32,000 nt of DNA from Prochlorococcus sp. MIT 0801 (GTDB taxonomy: Bacteria > Cyanobacteriota > Cyanobacteriia > PCC-6307 > Cyanobiaceae), in assembly GCF_000757865.1 (NCBI RefSeq), contig NZ_CP007754.1, forward strand, positions 870,001 to 902,000, read 5' to 3'. The notes below the pieces were generated by a model. That model was not told where the DNA came from, did no database searches, and worked only from the letters and a program-made list of their open reading frames with translations. Positions 27,943-32,000 of this stretch are shown here, one piece after another. Made by a program: the position numbers and the translations under genes. Position 1 is the first letter of the stretch. Every line of letters starts with the position of its first letter.

Positions 27943-29022
27943 ATGGCAATTAGTACATCGAAAACTGGGAGGATCGCAATTATTGGAGCATCTGGATACG
28001 GTGGACTTCAGCTTGTTAAGTTGATCAATGAGCATCCTGATTTTAAGATTTCAACTTTAAATGGTGAGCGATCAGTAGGTAAAAGCTGGAATGAAATAAA
28101 TCCTTTTATGAAAATTTTGGGAGATAAAAAGATAACTAAAAGCAATATTGATGAAATCGCTCATGATTCTGATTATGCAATATTGAGTCTCCCTAATGGT
28201 TTATCATCACAGTTAACACCTTTATTATTAAAAAAAGGTGTTAAGGTCCTCGATTTGTCAGCTGATTATAGATTTAAATCTCTAGATAAATGGAAAGAAG
28301 TCTATAAAAAAGAAGCAGCGAAATATCCAAGATTTGACTACGAATTATGTGAAGAGGCTATTTATGGTTTTTCAGAAGAATTTAATAGCGAAATTTCAAA
28401 TTCTAGATTAATTGCATGTCCAGGTTGCTATCCAACTGCTTCACTTAGCTTACTTATTCCATTTTTAAAACAAGGCTTAATAGAAAGTGAAGGAATTATT
28501 ATTGATGCAAAATCTGGTACATCTGGTGGCGGGAGAAATCCAAGTGAGCAACTTTTATTGTCTGAATGCTCTGAATCAATTAGACCCTATGGAGTTATTG
28601 GACATAGGCATACGGCTGAAATAGAAAGGATTGCAAGTCATTTTGCTGGTCACGAAGTCAATTTACAATTCACTCCTCATTTAGTGCCAATGGTTAGAGG
28701 GATTTTGTCGACAGTTTATGCTCGTTTAAGAGATCCCGGATTAACAGCTGAAGACTGCAAAATTGTAATTGAAGCTTTTTATAAAGATCAACCATTTATT
28801 GATATCTTGCCTGTAGGAACTTATCCAGCAACTAAATGGGTTAAAAATACTAATAAAGTTATGATCTCTGTCGAAGTTGATAAACGTAACGGAAGAATTG
28901 TTCTAATGAGTGTTATAGATAATCTACTAAAAGGTCAAGCAGGTCAGGCAGTTCAAAATTTAAATATTATGCATGGACTTGAATCAGATATTGGTCTTCC
29001 TAAGATTACTTTTTATCCTTGA
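27943..29022 (+). CDS. argC: N-acetyl-gamma-glutamyl-phosphate reductase ArgC
   Basis: 359 aa. It has the Rossmann N-terminus IAIIGASGYGG, the active-site Cys block IACPGCYPTA, and DNLLKGQAGQAVQN. Confidence 0.95.
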   Translation: MAISTSKTGRIAIIGASGYGGLQLVKLINEHPDFKISTLNGERSVGKSWNEINPFMKILGDKKITKSNIDEIAHDSDYAILSLPNGLSSQLTPLLLKKGVKVLDLSADYRFKSLDKWKEVYKKEAAKYPRFDYELCEEAIYGFSEEFNSEISNSRLIACPGCYPTASLSLLIPFLKQGLIESEGIIIDAKSGTSGGGRNPSEQLLLSECSESIRPYGVIGHRHTAEIERIASHFAGHEVNLQFTPHLVPMVRGILSTVYARLRDPGLTAEDCKIVIEAFYKDQPFIDILPVGTYPATKWVKNTNKVMISVEVDKRNGRIVLMSVIDNLLKGQAGQAVQNLNIMHGLESDIGLPKITFYP

Positions 29023-29707
29023 AACTAGTTCTAATTTCTATTGCTACTTTAGCAATAGCTAAAGGTAATATTATATGTTCCATATCTTGAATTCGTTTTT
29101 TTAAGGTTTCTATACTATCTTTTTCTTTTATAGGAACTGCCGCTTGAATAATTATTGAGCCTGAATCAACCTCCTTTTGAACATAGTGAACTGTACAGCC
29201 AGTAATAGTTACCTTTGTATCCATTGCCTGCTGTATTGCATCAATGCCTTTAAAAGATGGTAGAAGTGATGGATGTATATTAATTAGTCTCTTATTAAAC
29301 TTATTAATTATTTCTTCACCAACAATTCTCATCCATCCAGCCATGACAACTATATCTACAGATATTTCCTCTAGTTTATTCATAACCAATATATCGTGTT
29401 CTAATCTCGAATTACAATCTCTATGATTAATAATTATATAGGGTATATCATATTTAATTGCCTTTTCTATTGCTAAGCAATTAGGATTATTAACAATTAA
29501 TATTGAAATTTCTGCATTAAGTTCCTTGTTTTGAATAGATTTAATAATGTATTCAAAATTTGATCCATTACCAGAGGCAAGGATACCTAATCTAATCTTT
29601 GGCTCAACTAAATTGTTTACTGATTCAATTGGACTTATTAGACTCTGTCCATTTAAACCATTAAATAAATTTCTTTCAGCATATTCTTTATTATCTTGAT
29701 TCATCAA
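29006..29707 (-). CDS. purN: phosphoribosylglycinamide formyltransferase PurN
   Basis: 233 aa. It contains LASGNGSNF, INIHPSLLPSFKG and TVHYV..EVDSG. A ~36-aa N-terminal extension precedes the usual start (KIRLGILASG), with no internal ATG/GTG/TTG alternative in frame. The gene overlaps argC convergently by 17 nt. Confidence 0.9.
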   Translation of the reverse strand: MMNQDNKEYAERNLFNGLNGQSLISPIESVNNLVEPKIRLGILASGNGSNFEYIIKSIQNKELNAEISILIVNNPNCLAIEKAIKYDIPYIIINHRDCNSRLEHDILVMNKLEEISVDIVVMAGWMRIVGEEIINKFNKRLINIHPSLLPSFKGIDAIQQAMDTKVTITGCTVHYVQKEVDSGSIIIQAAVPIKEKDSIETLKKRIQDMEHIILPLAIAKVAIEIRTSFKDKK

Positions 29708-29989
29708 TTAAGGTTTATTTACAACAAATATATGACCTATCGAAGAAATTACAATATCTAAATGTAAAGACATTTTAAATATTAATAAAAATTTAAATTA
29801 GTAATTAGAAAAATACAGGGTTAGTTAGTAATAACTAACAAGGATACAATCATTCTTATTTGTCAATTACTAAACATTCAGCATTTAAAATCCATTCGTG
29901 ACTAATATAAATAAAATATATTTGTTAAATGGCTCTCTGTTTAGAGTACCTGCTAACAGAATTCATTAAGGAGTATTCTTTTATCAATA

Positions 29990-31588
29990 ATGGCAATAAC
30001 TGACATCTTCCAGATGAATAACAAAGATAAATGGAGAAGGTACTGCGACCTTTTGTATAGCAATGATTCATTAGGTTTTTGGCTTGATATAAGCAGAATG
30101 GATGTAGAGACAACCGATTTTGAAGATTTTAATGAAATGTATTCCAAAGCTTTTGATGCGCTAGAAAGTCTCGAGAATGGTTCTATTGCCAATATTGATG
30201 AAAGTAGGCAAGTAGGTCATTACTGGCTTAGGAATCCAAAAGTTGCTCCAAGCCCTGATATTTCAGATTCTATTACTAAGGAAATTCAAGACATATCCAA
30301 GTTTGGGGCTTCAATATTAAATGGTGAAATAACAAACAGCGACGGAAAAAAATATACAGATGTTTTTTGGATTGGAATCGGTGGTAGTGGTTTGGGTCCT
30401 CTACTCATTAAGGAGTCCTTCAAGAGAGAAACAATCGGATTGGATCTACATTTTCTAGACAATGTAGATCCTGAGGGGATTTCCCATAAATTAAATTCTA
30501 TCCTTCCCAATCTTGATTCAACTTTGTTTGTAGTTGTTAGTAAATCTGGTGGCACTCCAGAACCATTAATTGGAATGGAGCAAGCTATGAAGTTTGTTCG
30601 CGATAACAACCAAAATTGGTCATCTAGGGCGATAGCTATTACATCAAAAGGTAGCAAGCTAGATGTTTTAGCCGATAATGAGAATTGGTTAGATATTTTT
30701 GATTTACCCGATTGGGTTGGTGGCAGGACAAGTATTACTGGCGCTGTTGGATTATTACCTGCTGCCCTAATTGGCGCTGATATAGACAAATTCTTAAATG
30801 GAGCATCTCAGATGGATGCACTTACAAGAGTAAAAGACATTAAAAATAATCCAGCAGCACTTTTGTCTTTAGCTTGGTTCAAATCGGGAAATGGAAAAGG
30901 GTTAAGAGATATGGTTGTACTTCCCTATAGAGACAGATTAGAAGTTTTCAGTAGATATCTTCAACAACTTGTCATGGAATCTTTAGGTAAAAAGTATGAC
31001 AGAGATGAAATTCAAGTTAATCAAGGTATCGCAGTTTATGGAAACAAAGGTTCTACAGATCAGCATGCATATGTGCAGCAATTAAGAGATGGTATTGATA
31101 ATTTTTTTGTTAATTTCATAGAAATTCTTCATGACCCCTTAGAGATAGTTGAAGTAAAAAATAAAAGACCAGGTGACTATTTGTCTGGATTTCTTCAAGG
31201 AACTCGGTCAGCATTAACTGAAGGAGGTAGGCAGAATTTGACTATCACTTTCAAGTCATTTGATGAATCAAGTCTTGGTGCTTTAATCGCATTATTTGAG
31301 CGAGCTGTAAGTCTCTATGCAGAATTGATTAATGTTAATGCCTACAATCAACCGGGAGTTGAAGCAGGTAAAAAAGCCGCTACAAAGATAATCAAACTTC
31401 AAAAAGAGATTGAGGAATTATTAGCTGATGGGAAGCAAAGAACATTAAATGAAATCAATGATGAGTTGTCTTCTGAATCAACAGAGTCAATTTATTTAAT
31501 TCTTAGAAAACTTTCAGAAAATTCCGAACATTATTCAATGATTGGTAATCAATCAAATCCTGATAAGCTTATTATTTTGAAAACTTGA
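29990..31588 (+). CDS. pgi: glucose-6-phosphate isomerase
   Basis: 532 aa. It contains the SIS-domain blocks [20 protein letters not shown] and GGRTS, plus the C-terminal QPGVEAGKK. An alternative start exists at Met9 (30014). Confidence 0.95.
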   Translation: MAITDIFQMNNKDKWRRYCDLLYSNDSLGFWLDISRMDVETTDFEDFNEMYSKAFDALESLENGSIANIDESRQVGHYWLRNPKVAPSPDISDSITKEIQDISKFGASILNGEITNSDGKKYTDVFWIGIGGSGLGPLLIKESFKRETIGLDLHFLDNVDPEGISHKLNSILPNLDSTLFVVVSKSGGTPEPLIGMEQAMKFVRDNNQNWSSRAIAITSKGSKLDVLADNENWLDIFDLPDWVGGRTSITGAVGLLPAALIGADIDKFLNGASQMDALTRVKDIKNNPAALLSLAWFKSGNGKGLRDMVVLPYRDRLEVFSRYLQQLVMESLGKKYDRDEIQVNQGIAVYGNKGSTDQHAYVQQLRDGIDNFFVNFIEILHDPLEIVEVKNKRPGDYLSGFLQGTRSALTEGGRQNLTITFKSFDESSLGALIALFERAVSLYAELINVNAYNQPGVEAGKKAATKIIKLQKEIEELLADGKQRTLNEINDELSSESTESIYLILRKLSENSEHYSMIGNQSNPDKLIILKT

Positions 31589-31591
31589 TTG

Positions 31592-32000
31592 CTAAATAAC
31601 TATATTCACTAATTTATTCGGGACAACAATTATTCGTTTTGGTTCTTTTCCATCCATCCATTTAATAGCAGCCTCAGTTTTAATAGCTAAGTCCTCTAAA
31701 TCTTCTTTAGATAGATTTTTACTAGCATTAATTGATCCTCTGACTTTTCCATTGATTTGAATCATAAGTTTAAAAGTATCTTGTTCAATTGCACCTGCAT
31801 CAAATTTTGGCCATGACTGAAGATGAATACTTTGATTATTTCCGATTGTCTTCCAAAGTTCCTCTGCAATATGAGGAGAAAATGGAGAAGTTATTTTAAC
31901 TAATATTGAAATAACTTTATTTAGAGTTTGATTGCTACAGTAATTAACTATTGAACTTAGGCCATTTACAACCTTCATAAGTTCAGATATTGCTGTATTA
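31592..32000 (-). CDS. leuS: leucyl-tRNA synthetase, C-terminal part (gene continues beyond window end)
   Basis: HIAEELW....... LQSWP..D.......F.L.IQINGK.RG is the conserved LeuS C-terminal domain. The ORF is open to the right-hand window edge. The Met at 31978 in the ORF track is internal. Confidence 0.9.
   Translation of the reverse strand, partial: NTAISELMKVVNGLSSIVNYCSNQTLNKVISILVKITSPFSPHIAEELWKTIGNNQSIHLQSWPKFDAGAIEQDTFKLMIQINGKVRGSINASKNLSKEDLEDLAIKTEAAIKWMDGKEPKRIIVVPNKLVNIVI

Noticed and set aside
29925-30192. Two minus-strand ORFs of 62 and 79 aa spanning the pgi start.
   Set aside because: They overlap the pgi 5' end and its leader and have no recognisable features. They are most likely spurious.
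1-32000. Whole-window check for CRISPR arrays, IS elements, tandem repeats, and prophage or defence-island content.
   Set aside because: I saw none by eye. Every sizeable ORF has a housekeeping or photosynthesis-lineage assignment. I noticed no repeat longer than ~12 nt apart from the hairpins listed.

Overview
This window is visibly AT-rich (roughly one-third G+C by eye, not computed) and very tightly packed, with about 35 protein genes and one tRNA in 32 kb. Several convergent gene pairs are separated by 3-7 nt or overlap. The gene content points to a core-chromosome segment of a marine picocyanobacterium: petN, psaK, thf1/psb29, Ycf49-like DUF2499, DUF3593, DUF3110, a YggT/Ycf19-like protein and a dnaK-dnaJ pair. 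The low GC and compactness fit a high-light-clade Prochlorococcus marinus. That attribution is an inference, since no database search was possible.

Genes from left to right:
- a hypothetical protein, a DUF2103-like protein, petN and a 41-aa membrane ORF
- thf1, clpP, ftsH, an orphan MacB/DevC-type ABC permease, pyk, mazG, yggT-family, scpB, ilvA and dxs
- psaK, DUF3593, DUF2499, a BCP/PrxQ peroxiredoxin, rpmB, htpG, hisZ and an IMPase-family gene
- tRNA-Ser(GGA), pstB-pstA-pstC, dnaK, a dnaJ-like gene, DUF3110, murQ, cyclophilin, ribBA, argC, purN, pgi and the 3' end of leuS

I see no transposase, integrase, phage gene, CRISPR array, restriction/defence gene, toxin-antitoxin pair or tRNA-anchored island. 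I do not find a convincing novel multi-gene system, and this looks like an ordinary housekeeping region.

The leads most worth a second look are all modest:
1. A translationally coupled peroxiredoxin-DUF2499-DUF3593 operon.
2. An IMPase-family gene directly upstream of hisZ, a candidate for the histidinol-phosphate phosphatase step.
3. A ~154-aa C-terminal extension of unknown function on RibBA.
4. An unlisted 41-codon membrane ORF 8 nt downstream of petN.
5. Pho-box-like repeats, a hairpin and a direct repeat in the pstC/dnaK divergent spacer.
6. An unusually long 282-nt purN/pgi spacer containing a perfect GNRA-loop hairpin.
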